In this document: one piece after another, positions 34,207-41,494 of the stretch | Numbering within the stretch: position 1 is the first letter of the stretch | How the letters are laid out: each line of letters begins with the position of its first letter | Origin: a virus | DNA: 55,970 nt | IMG/VR virus record: IMGVR_UViG_3300045988_090085 | Location: 1-55,970 of that record | Direction: 5' to 3' (one strand) | The notes under the pieces: model-generated | Told to the model about the DNA's origin: nothing | Databases searched by the model: none | Seen by the model: only the letters and a program-made list of their open reading frames with translations | Translations under genes and position numbers: made by a program

Positions 34207-36975
34207 TCACTCCTTTCCTTTAACATAAGCAGAAACAGTTGATGAAGATACCCCAAGTGCTTCTGCAATTTCAGCAACTGTATAACCAGAGGTATTCATT
34301 GCTTTAAGTTTATTGATCTTTGCATCAGAGAGAGTTGTTGCAGCTCTTGGTGTAGCGCGCTTTCTTAAATCCTCAGAATCAACATACTTAAATATTTTAC
34401 CGAGTTTGCTGTCCGAAATTGCGCCTGCTTGAATCGCTTCCCATTCACGATCTGAGATCTTGATGTTGGTACGCTTAGCTCCCACCTGGATACGGGCCTT
34501 AGTAAGCTGTCTCTGACTTTCTTTCTTGATTTCACCCTTTGTCATATAGGGATTCGATGCCTTCTTAGCATCCACTGCCATGCGGGCTATGATCTGAGCT
34601 TGCCTTTCACGAGGAGCATTACGGGCTGCAGTCTTATACTGAGCCTCAAGGTTAGCTACCTCAGATGCATACTTCTTATTTGCTTCCGGACTATAGGTAA
34701 GTCGAGGCGTGTACACAGAAGCCTTGCGTGCTTCGTTTGCCAATGTCTTAAGATCATTAGCATAGTTTGCATACATATCTTCGACAACAGTTCCTGAAGA
34801 TAAAGTACGAGCATCGCGTGTTTCAGCCATCTTGGTGGAAACCTGCTGACGATGGACGGTCTCACCCTTTTTATTCACGTAAGTAGCAGGGTCTGTTGCC
34901 TGTATTTCAGCACCTTCCGGAAGTGAAGGATCATACCAAGGCTTGTCTTTCTGATTGATATGAACAGAGCCTTTTCGTTTATCTACACGTTTGTCACTCT
35001 TTGCTCGAGATATAAGTGTAGACGCACCTTCATGATATTTACCATCATCTTCATCAATGTGTCCCTGATACTTAGCTTTAAGTGCTGCTATTCTATTATC
35101 AGCTTCGGACTGCTTATAGTTCAGTCCATGCTTCTCGGCATCGATTACAACCATCGAATGTCGAACTGCACAAGCAAGTTCGTCATCGTTAGCGCCCTTC
35201 AATGTCATGTCAGTGATGAGGTTTGAAACAACACCCATTTCCTTCTGGGTCTGACCTTTGGTCATTCGTTTCATTCCTTCGATTGCAGGATATGCCATCT
35301 TAGGATCGAAGCCCTTGAGTCCAGGAAGTTCCTCTCTTGATGTTATCTTAACACCTGTATTCTTTCCATTACCAGCTGTAGGGATAACCATTACAGTATC
35401 ACCATCGAAGTCCGCTCCCGAAAGTCGATCAGCTACATCTTTTGAGATACCAACAGCATCGAGTGCATTGCCGTATGTATTTTTGCCTTGCTTATTCTTA
35501 TTATTGACTGTGAGTATAGGTATCTCAAACGTACCACCATGTGGAAATCGTATAAGCGCTACCTTTTCGCCGTCCTGATAAGTAGGCGCATAAACCTCAT
35601 CGTTCTTTATATCGGTTAGGGGTAAGATTACTTTGTAGTTCTGCCTAGGAAGTGCTGCTGCGTCAAGATGAACTGCAGTTGAATCACAGTCCGAGGCAAA
35701 GCTCGCGAGGAGCTCTCTTTTAACAACAGGATTATCCAGAGAAAGTATTTCATCAAGATCTTCCTGTCGATTCTTTATAGACAAATCAAGCTGCTTTGAA
35801 ATAAGCTGCTTATTCTGTTTGGATAAGAACTGTGCAGGAAGATGATCAGACCATTCTTCCCAATCGCCTTCCTCTCGGGTCTTATTAATAAGACTCTGCT
35901 GCTCTTTTCCATTGTCATCAGTGTACCAAGACTGACCACCACGCTCCTTGAGGAGAGCGCCGAACGGATTTTCGGGATCATCCTTGATTTTCTTGAGAAC
36001 GTCCATCTTAGGCACGTCTTTGGTTTTGTTTGTGTTGAAACGGACATCGACTCCATCAGGAAGATCGTCAGCGTAGACTGCCATTCCCTTCAGGTATCTA
36101 TTTCCGTCAACCAGAATTCGAACCTGCGCATAATGTGAATTGCCGAGGTCCAAATCTGCTACACCTCTACGGAGCTCGATTACGCCATCCTTGTTGACGC
36201 CACCGTCTTCGGCGTAGTTGATCATCAAACGCTTAGAATCCATAGATTTAGGATAAGCAAATGCCTTTTTGAACGAATCACCCTGATCATAGGAAATATA
36301 GTTCTCAACCGAATGAATTTCGTCGAAATTGAATATTTCCTTGTGTTCTGTACCAGGAGGACAGAGCGCTTTAACAGTAGTGAACTTACCAGGATTAGTA
36401 ACCTGCTCCATTCGACCATTATAAGTCGGATAACCTTCGAGTTCAAGAATATAGAGCGCAGTTTTCATCATTTCTGGCGAAACACCTAGCTGCTCAGCAA
36501 CACCTGAACCGACATCCAGTTTACCATCTTCGGCGACTCTCTTTTTGAGGAAGTCAGCTGTCTTCTGGGCCTGGTTCATGCGAGCTTCAGATGCTTCATT
36601 CAAGAGCGATCGTACTGTTGACTCAGCAATACCGCCCATACGTCTTCCGATCTCAGTAGCTCCATAACCCTTTTCAGAAAGTCTTCTTGCAGTCTCAACC
36701 TGAATAGCTCTTTCTTCGTTCTTGGCGAGAGATCGCTGAGTTCTGAACTGCGAAGTTGTAAGACCCATAGATTTAGCAACCTCGGTATCTGTCATACCAG
36801 TAGCCTTTAGTTCCTTTATACGACTGAGAAAATCACCTGCGTGCTGATAGGGATTCTCGCCAGATCCGTAAGGCCACCGACCAGATCGTCTTGGCATTCC
36901 GTAATGCTCGATAAGCCAAGGCTCTCTGTCAAGTTCCTCTTCAAAGTAGGCAAGATCTTCCATGCCCCAGATCAT
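34207..36975 (-). CDS. Putative single-subunit double-psi beta-barrel RNA polymerase (YonO / RdRP-like) with N- and C-terminal HTH modules
   Basis: aa 472-533 VALIRFPHGGTFEIPILTV..LSGADFDGDTVMVIP parallels beta-prime ..NRAPTLH..NADFDGD.. and the RdRP DbDGD loop (DFDGD = 35398..35412); HTH-like aa ~55-125 and ~893-922. Confidence 0.6.
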   Translation of the reverse strand: MIWGMEDLAYFEEELDREPWLIEHYGMPRRSGRWPYGSGENPYQHAGDFLSRIKELKATGMTDTEVAKSMGLTTSQFRTQRSLAKNEERAIQVETARRLSEKGYGATEIGRRMGGIAESTVRSLLNEASEARMNQAQKTADFLKKRVAEDGKLDVGSGVAEQLGVSPEMMKTALYILELEGYPTYNGRMEQVTNPGKFTTVKALCPPGTEHKEIFNFDEIHSVENYISYDQGDSFKKAFAYPKSMDSKRLMINYAEDGGVNKDGVIELRRGVADLDLGNSHYAQVRILVDGNRYLKGMAVYADDLPDGVDVRFNTNKTKDVPKMDVLKKIKDDPENPFGALLKERGGQSWYTDDNGKEQQSLINKTREEGDWEEWSDHLPAQFLSKQNKQLISKQLDLSIKNRQEDLDEILSLDNPVVKRELLASFASDCDSTAVHLDAAALPRQNYKVILPLTDIKNDEVYAPTYQDGEKVALIRFPHGGTFEIPILTVNNKNKQGKNTYGNALDAVGISKDVADRLSGADFDGDTVMVIPTAGNGKNTGVKITSREELPGLKGFDPKMAYPAIEGMKRMTKGQTQKEMGVVSNLITDMTLKGANDDELACAVRHSMVVIDAEKHGLNYKQSEADNRIAALKAKYQGHIDEDDGKYHEGASTLISRAKSDKRVDKRKGSVHINQKDKPWYDPSLPEGAEIQATDPATYVNKKGETVHRQQVSTKMAETRDARTLSSGTVVEDMYANYANDLKTLANEARKASVYTPRLTYSPEANKKYASEVANLEAQYKTAARNAPRERQAQIIARMAVDAKKASNPYMTKGEIKKESQRQLTKARIQVGAKRTNIKISDREWEAIQAGAISDSKLGKIFKYVDSEDLRKRATPRAATTLSDAKINKLKAMNTSGYTVAEIAEALGVSSSTVSAYVKGKE

Positions 36976-37529
36976 ATTACTCCTCCTTCCTGTTTAGTTA
37001 TGATATCAGAGAATCGTATTGCCTTATCCATAATATATTTTATGCGCTCTGGCTCAGGATTATGAATCACAACCTGATTGTTCTGATATATGCGTAATTC
37101 CATCTCAAGATCAGCCGGATTCTTCTTATACTCCAGACAGAACAAAGCTGCATATATTTCAAGCTGCTCCATGTGTGCTGGAACTACCCCAGTCTTGAGA
37201 TCATGTATTCTCAGCATATTTTTTCGGAAACTTATGGCATCAGCCGTTCCAAAACAATAAGGAGAATAATATAATATTCTCTCAGGTGTCATCTTGTAGC
37301 CAATTGCGTCATTGACATAAAGATTGAGAGTCGCGTTGGTTTTCTGCAGCTTTACGCCAAGCTTAATACACTGTGCTGCAAGAGCGTGAAGTTCAGTTCC
37401 CTGAGCAGCTGCAAGGAAATTATTGCGAGTTTCCATGAGCTTGTCTTCGTCATAGTTTACCCAAGAATATTTACTCGCCGAGAGAAAGGCATGTTTACCT
37501 TCAAGCTTGGAATGATCGTTCCATATCAT
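36972..37529 (-). CDS. PD-(D/E)XK nuclease (RecB/Cas4-like core, no Cys cluster)
   Basis: GTADAISF..LRIHDLKTG..HMEQLEIYAALF = D..DxK..QxxxY; ATG after AAGGAGG. Confidence 0.6.
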   Translation of the reverse strand: MIWNDHSKLEGKHAFLSASKYSWVNYDEDKLMETRNNFLAAAQGTELHALAAQCIKLGVKLQKTNATLNLYVNDAIGYKMTPERILYYSPYCFGTADAISFRKNMLRIHDLKTGVVPAHMEQLEIYAALFCLEYKKNPADLEMELRIYQNNQVVIHNPEPERIKYIMDKAIRFSDIITKQEGGVI

Positions 37530-37812
37530 TGAGTACGGCCTCCTTATTCTCAGGGTAAATAAATGATGCATAGGACATGTTGTTCATCGTATCAACATAA
37601 TAATCCTGATTGGGTTGATGAGACGCTTCGGCATCTCTCTTACATTCAAGAGCTGCCCAGTGTCCTTGATGTAAAACAAGTAAATCTGGGATACCCTGAA
37701 TGTGATTTGGATCAGTCTTTAAAACCAGGCATCCTTCGAACCGATGCTTGATCTCTTTGACTAAACCAGATTGGAAGTCTCGTTCCAATTTGTTAGGGGA
37801 TCGTCCTTTCAT
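37501..37812 (-). CDS. VRR-NUC domain nuclease
   Basis: ERDFQSGLVKEI..GIPDLLVL..ALECKR pattern; ATG after AAAGGAG. Confidence 0.65.
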   Translation of the reverse strand: MKGRSPNKLERDFQSGLVKEIKHRFEGCLVLKTDPNHIQGIPDLLVLHQGHWAALECKRDAEASHQPNQDYYVDTMNNMSYASFIYPENKEAVLNDMERSFQA

Positions 37813-37832
37813 GAAAATTCTCCTTTCAAATA

Positions 37833-37947
37833 TTTTGAGCAGGACCCAGCAGGTTGAAAGAGGAAGATAAGATGGAGGTCCAAACCATGGGTCGTCAGGG
37901 ATTGGAGGATATATCAACATATGGAGGTCGCCAAGTCCTGCTCAAAA
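37833..37947 (-). promoter_or_regulatory. Leader element: perfect 13-bp inverted repeat (TTTTGAGCAGGAC/GTCCTGCTCAAAA) enclosing 89 nt with three CCTCCA motifs
   Basis: Read directly; 3' arm ends 4 nt before TTGAAAGGAG, the RBS of 37501..37812. Confidence 0.55.
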
Positions 37948-37982
37948 GATAAGAGAGAAAGTAGTTATTGTCTCTTTCTCTC
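37943..37982 (-). terminator. Leader hairpin (9 bp GAGAGAAAG/CTTTCTCTC) + TTATCTTTT: attenuator-like
   Basis: Starts inside the 3' end of promoter-like copy 37980..38009. Confidence 0.45.
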
Positions 37983-38009
37983 CATAAAAGACCATGTTTC
38001 GCGCGCGGA
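37980..38009 (-). promoter_or_regulatory. Promoter-like motif copy heading the nuclease/RNAP operon
   Basis: Minus TCCGCGCGCGAAACATGGTCTTTTATGGAG. Confidence 0.45.
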
Positions 38010-38023
38010 CATTTATCAATCTT

Positions 38024-38446
38024 CTACCTGACGATTGGAGGCTCTGGATAGGTCAAATCTTCGACCCTAACATCCAGCGCGTTTGCTATTTTGAACATAT
38101 TACCCAGAGAAGGGCAACATGTTGCATGCATATAATTTGATATTGTTGGTTGAGATATACCCGTCTTAACCGAGAGGTCTGTCTGACTCATGCGTTTACG
38201 TGCCATGTGTCGGTTGAGTCTTAGAGCAAAACTCCTGAGATATTCATCCTCGGTATAACCTTCTTCAATGTCAACAGCAAGTACGTCAAGTCTGAAGTTC
38301 CTTCCATTCTCAGTATAGACCATTCGCTTGCCATGCATTGTGAATACAATCTCCCCATACCTAGCGTCGATGACGTCTGTAATCTCAATACCCTGCTGTA
38401 GATACTTGTCCATGTCCATCCAGAATACTTCCATTGTATAACCCAT
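38024..38446 (-). CDS. XRE-family HTH transcriptional regulator (C-terminal HTH)
   Basis: MSQTDLSVKTGISQPTISNYMHA..NMFKIANALDVRVEDL; ATG after AAGGAAGG. Confidence 0.7.
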   Translation of the reverse strand: MGYTMEVFWMDMDKYLQQGIEITDVIDARYGEIVFTMHGKRMVYTENGRNFRLDVLAVDIEEGYTEDEYLRSFALRLNRHMARKRMSQTDLSVKTGISQPTISNYMHATCCPSLGNMFKIANALDVRVEDLTYPEPPIVR

Positions 38447-38549
38447 AAAATAGCCTTCCTTTCTTGATTTGTATGAATTTTTGATAAATTGCGGTAAAAT
38501 CACAAAAATTTTAAAAATCTTTAATTAGCAACCGAAAAAATGGCATTTT

Positions 38550-38565
38550 TATTAATTTATTTATA
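38550..38565. promoter_or_regulatory. Operator-like palindrome O1 (imperfect)
   Basis: TATTAAT-TT-ATTTATA. Confidence 0.5.
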
Positions 38566-38568
38566 GCC

Positions 38569-38584
38569 TATTAATATATTAATA
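38569..38584. promoter_or_regulatory. Operator-like palindrome O2
   Basis: TATTAAT-AT-ATTAATA, perfect 7-bp arms. Confidence 0.55.
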
Positions 38585-38640
38585 AAAATGGAAATTCACG
38601 TAGGAGAAATAAAACAATATTTTTTATTTTTATCAAAAAT

Positions 38641-38656
38641 TATTAATAAATTAATA
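38641..38656. promoter_or_regulatory. Operator-like palindrome O3
   Basis: TATTAAT-AA-ATTAATA, perfect 7-bp arms. Confidence 0.55.
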
Positions 38657-38659
38657 GCC

Positions 38660-38675
38660 TATTAATAAATTAATA
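38660..38675. promoter_or_regulatory. Operator-like palindrome O4
   Basis: TATTAAT-AA-ATTAATA; 19 bp centre-to-centre from O3. Confidence 0.55.
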
Positions 38676-38704
38676 GAATATTGTTCAATCTTCGCCCAAC
38701 AATC

Positions 38705-38920
38705 TCACAAAACTCGCCCATTACGACTGGTCTTGAGGACATAATCTCGGACCATCCTCTTGTCATCAGGCTTTGAAACTACTAGCTTTTTATTACAATC
38801 GATTGCTGAACAGCCTCTCAACTCACCCGTCATCAACATATAATGGCAGCACTTCTGATGATTACACCTACCAATATCTCTCCAATAAAAGCACCCTGCA
38901 CAACTATTTTTACTTGCCAT
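38705..38920 (-). CDS. Cys-rich small protein (71 aa), probable zinc-binding
   Basis: ATG 9 nt after AAGGAG (MASKNSCAGCFYWRDIGRCNHQKCCHY..GC..DC); the longer track ORF would read through a terminator hairpin. Confidence 0.6.
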   Translation of the reverse strand: MASKNSCAGCFYWRDIGRCNHQKCCHYMLMTGELRGCSAIDCNKKLVVSKPDDKRMVRDYVLKTSRNGRVL

Positions 38921-38950
38921 TTCAACCAACTCCTTAAATTCAAACATAAT

Positions 38951-38985
38951 TTTAATAAAACGAAGAGTCCATGTAAGACTCCTCG
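38951..38985 (-). terminator. Family-B-related intrinsic terminator (9-bp stem + UUUUAUUAAAAUU)
   Basis: Minus CGAGGAGUC-UUACAUG-GACUCUUCG; the one non-WC pair is G-U only on the minus-strand RNA. Confidence 0.65.
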
Positions 38986-38991
38986 TTTGCA

Positions 38992-39165
38992 TTACAAATC
39001 ATCCCAGAAAATATGCTTTCCTGAAATCAACAATGTGGGAGTTGCTAATATATCAAGTATCACTGTTAACCATGTACAACGATCTTCTATTGTTAAGATC
39101 GCCGAACAAGCTAACATAAATACCGCTAACATCAGCATAGTCCCATCAAGTCTTTTTCCGTTCAT
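38992..39165 (-). CDS. Small membrane protein (57 aa), below track cutoff
   Basis: Hand translation MNGKRLDGTMLMLAVFMLACSAILTIEDRCTWLTVILDILATPTLLISGKHIFWDDL*; GGGAGG RBS. Confidence 0.6.
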   Translation of the reverse strand: MNGKRLDGTMLMLAVFMLACSAILTIEDRCTWLTVILDILATPTLLISGKHIFWDDL

Positions 39166-39191
39166 AATATATTCCTCCCTAATGAAATGTT

Positions 39192-39221
39192 CTTCATAAA
39201 GGAGTATGTATTAATCGCGTG
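39192..39221 (-). promoter_or_regulatory. Promoter-like motif copy
   Basis: Minus CACGCGATTAATACATACTCCTTTATGAAG; upstream of 38992..39165. Confidence 0.5.
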
Positions 39222-39225
39222 TATC

Positions 39226-39543
39226 TTACTTTATATCATCCTCGTCCGAATCAACCGGATAAATGATCTCAGCGCCATCTTCTTCGTCCTCCGAGTCGTC
39301 TACATACTCAAAGAAGCATTCATCATCTTTAAATCCAACGAGGCCACGTATAGACCCGAATAGACCCACCACAATGAATGCAACCGCCGGTGTAATATCC
39401 TTAGCAATAGGGTCTATCTTAACCATGCACCAGCCAATGAGTACGCCAAGCACAATCATCGTCAGACCCTGAAAGAATAAACTCATGTCAGGCAGTCGCT
39501 TAGGACCATCAGATTTCTTTACTCTTACTTTCCATCGTTTCAT
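39226..39543 (-). CDS. Membrane protein (105 aa) with acidic C-terminal tail
   Basis: ORF track frame trimmed to ATG after GGAGGG; ATGA overlap with the upstream gene. Confidence 0.7.
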   Translation of the reverse strand: MKRWKVRVKKSDGPKRLPDMSLFFQGLTMIVLGVLIGWCMVKIDPIAKDITPAVAFIVVGLFGSIRGLVGFKDDECFFEYVDDSEDEEDGAEIIYPVDSDEDDIK

Positions 39544-39833
39544 ATTAACCCTCCTCTGCAATGATATGGCCGCCCGTTACCAGCATGCTTCTCACCGCCA
39601 ATTGACTCATTAGGAGCATACCCGCGCTCGCGCAGATATCCTTCGAGTGAATCAATACAATCAGCATTAGCCATGGAAGACGATAGTCTCATTTCACCGC
39701 CCATATTTGTGCCACGATATGTAAGATATACCCGACCGTGGTATTCCTCATCCGTTATCAAGGAGCAAACTTGATCGAAAACAATTTTAGGGACGTACAT
39801 ATAATATGCCGATCTTGAGTTAAGCCTTGCCAT
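39540..39833 (-). CDS. Hypothetical protein (97 aa)
   Basis: ORF track frame trimmed to ATG after GGGAGG. Confidence 0.65.
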   Translation of the reverse strand: MARLNSRSAYYMYVPKIVFDQVCSLITDEEYHGRVYLTYRGTNMGGEMRLSSSMANADCIDSLEGYLRERGYAPNESIGGEKHAGNGRPYHCRGGLI

Positions 39834-40182
39834 CGTGTCTCGCCTCCCAATCAGCATCAAACTTCTCGATGACTTTACTAGCCTCGAAAAGAGCCTTAAC
39901 ATCGATCTTATACTCCTTAAGAGTTTTTTCGATGCACACCATGTAATCGTGGATCTTAGACTCGTTTGTTTTCATCTCAATGTAACCAGACTTAGCTTCC
40001 TCATCGAGGTCGCCAAAGCAGATATCTTTCATTTCCTCATCAAGCTTTTCACCAAGATGAAGCAGCAAACGTCCCTCTGTGTATTCTTCAATCATTCTTC
40101 TTATAAGTTCCTTGTGAAAATGTGCATTAAGCTTCTCGTTAAGCTCCCTTGCGACATCATTATTCATTTCCTTCTTATCCAT
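39820..40182 (-). CDS. Hypothetical acidic protein (120 aa)
   Basis: ORF track; AAGGAG RBS; downstream of hairpin 40212..40247. Confidence 0.7.
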   Translation of the reverse strand: MDKKEMNNDVARELNEKLNAHFHKELIRRMIEEYTEGRLLLHLGEKLDEEMKDICFGDLDEEAKSGYIEMKTNESKIHDYMVCIEKTLKEYKIDVKALFEASKVIEKFDADWEARHDGKA

Positions 40183-40211
40183 ACCGATTTTCTCCTTTCA
40201 AAATTCAAATA

Positions 40212-40247
40212 AGAAAAGCTAAGAGAGCCTGTTATAGCTCTCTTTGC
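40212..40247 (-). terminator. Family-A hairpin
   Basis: Plus GAGAGCCTGTTATAGCTCTC; the stop codon of 40232..40603 lies in the loop. Confidence 0.55.
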
Positions 40248-40603
40248 TTTAAAGATATAAATAATTTAGAGTTGTTAATAAATGGTATATAACCCACTAT
40301 ATCACCATACTCATCTATTTTAAACTTGAAAACCATCGATTTTTGATTAATGGCATCGTCTATTATCGGTTGTATTGCATTTTGTATATATTTAACATAT
40401 GCCGGATTAACGTCTTCTAGATACTCCCCGAACGAAAATGGTTCGCCGGTTTTTCTCCATTCCTTATTAACACCGTCAATTGCTTCGTTAAAAATTTTAG
40501 CAACCGCATTATGATGCCCCATAAACCAATTAGTCATGGGTTTCCGTAAAATTTTTGGTATGTTGTTATAATGATAAAATACCTTGAATAACGATTCTTT
40601 CAT
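40232..40603 (-). CDS. Hypothetical protein (123 aa)
   Basis: ORF track; AAAGGAGG RBS. Confidence 0.7.
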   Translation of the reverse strand: MKESLFKVFYHYNNIPKILRKPMTNWFMGHHNAVAKIFNEAIDGVNKEWRKTGEPFSFGEYLEDVNPAYVKYIQNAIQPIIDDAINQKSMVFKFKIDEYGDIVGYIPFINNSKLFISLKQREL

Positions 40604-40617
40604 TATATTACCTCCTT

Positions 40618-40647
40618 TCTCATAAGAGGCAGTGTTTTCTTCGCGGA
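40618..40647 (-). promoter_or_regulatory. Promoter-like motif copy (short-leader class)
   Basis: Minus TCCGCGAAGAAAACACTGCCTCTTATGAGA; upstream of 40232..40603. Confidence 0.5.
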
Positions 40648-40965
40648 CTACTCAAACGTCCCAACATATTTGCCAACTACCCCTGCTGAGTCCTTTGAGT
40701 CGGTAGCTTTGAAGTATGCACCTTCTTTACGAGGATACATAAATTCGAACATGAGATAGTTCATAGCATCGAGAAGATATTCGGTATTACCTGTCTCCTC
40801 ATATTTCTCAATACATCTCTGACAAGTAGGTATGGCCTTTACTCCATTAGGCTGAGTAAAGTTATCCGCAGCAGAGCCGTATTTGTAGAATGAGGTCTCA
40901 ACTCGGTTTTTTCTTAGTTGATCTGCGCGTAGAGAGTATTCTTTGTTCAGATCAAACTTCGTCAT
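40648..40965 (-). CDS. Hypothetical protein (105 aa)
   Basis: ORF track frame trimmed to ATG after AAGGAGGAG. Confidence 0.65.
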   Translation of the reverse strand: MTKFDLNKEYSLRADQLRKNRVETSFYKYGSAADNFTQPNGVKAIPTCQRCIEKYEETGNTEYLLDAMNYLMFEFMYPRKEGAYFKATDSKDSAGVVGKYVGTFE

Positions 40966-41428
40966 CAGACTTCTCCTCCTTAATCCATTTCTCGAAGACA
41001 TTGTAGTAAGAGCCGGTATTGCCCATCGTCTTCTTAGTAATTGCCATAGCCAGACCCTTCTCAGGATCAAACTTGTCCCCAGGCTGGCACTTCACAACTG
41101 TCTTAGTGCCGTCACTCCAGAATACGATAGTAGCAGGGTCGTTAAAGATGACATTCTTGATATAAATAGGTGATCTCGATACAACATCACCATCAAAGTC
41201 TGCACCAAGAGCCCCAATGCCATAAAGGGAATTAAGAAACCTCTTACATTCGAGTACATTGCTCTTACCCAAAGCTCGTGATGTTGTGATAACATCATTC
41301 ATAATATAACGACGTATATCTTCGGGTATAATCTGAATATTATCAGTATCCAGTGTATATGTCTTGCCCGGCTTACACTTCTGAATCAGGTCGTACTTTG
41401 TGATCGGAATCATGTGATGAATTATCAT
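40952..41428 (-). CDS. Hypothetical protein (158 aa); contains an isolated GADFDGD heptapeptide
   Basis: ORF track frame trimmed to ATG after GGAGG; C-terminal ..IVFWSDGTKTVVKC..FDPEKGLAMAITKK is a recurrent phage motif (recalled). Confidence 0.65.
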   Translation of the reverse strand: MIIHHMIPITKYDLIQKCKPGKTYTLDTDNIQIIPEDIRRYIMNDVITTSRALGKSNVLECKRFLNSLYGIGALGADFDGDVVSRSPIYIKNVIFNDPATIVFWSDGTKTVVKCQPGDKFDPEKGLAMAITKKTMGNTGSYYNVFEKWIKEEKSDDEV

Positions 41429-41494
41429 AATAAAAACCTCCAATTTTTTGTGTAATTTTATAAATATATGCCTAAAAATCTCTTAGTTGATTAC

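Noticed and set aside
37921-38040. Plus-strand 39-aa ORF (MEVAKSCSKDKRESSYCLFLSIKDHVSRADIYQSST) behind a GGAGG in the leader region
   Set aside because: The RBS spacing (11 nt) is long. The ORF is antisense to the promoter-like motif and hairpins, and the apparent GGAGG sites are better explained as reverse complements of the CCTCCA leader motifs.
38024-38446. Temperate lifestyle implied by the XRE-type regulator and operators
   Set aside because: No integrase, excisionase, attP-like site or partition system is recognisable. The XRE regulator is treated only as a transcriptional switch component.
41186-41206. A second GADFDGD heptapeptide (ALGADFDGDVV) in the 158-aa protein 40952..41428, identical to the RNAP-like catalytic loop
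   Set aside because: The protein is too short for a two-barrel polymerase and lacks the upstream R-x-P..H barrel strand. Its C-terminal half matches a common small phage-protein motif. The DNA similarity (18/21) is what identical peptides with the same codon bias would give. It is noted as curious, and a fold prediction would settle it.
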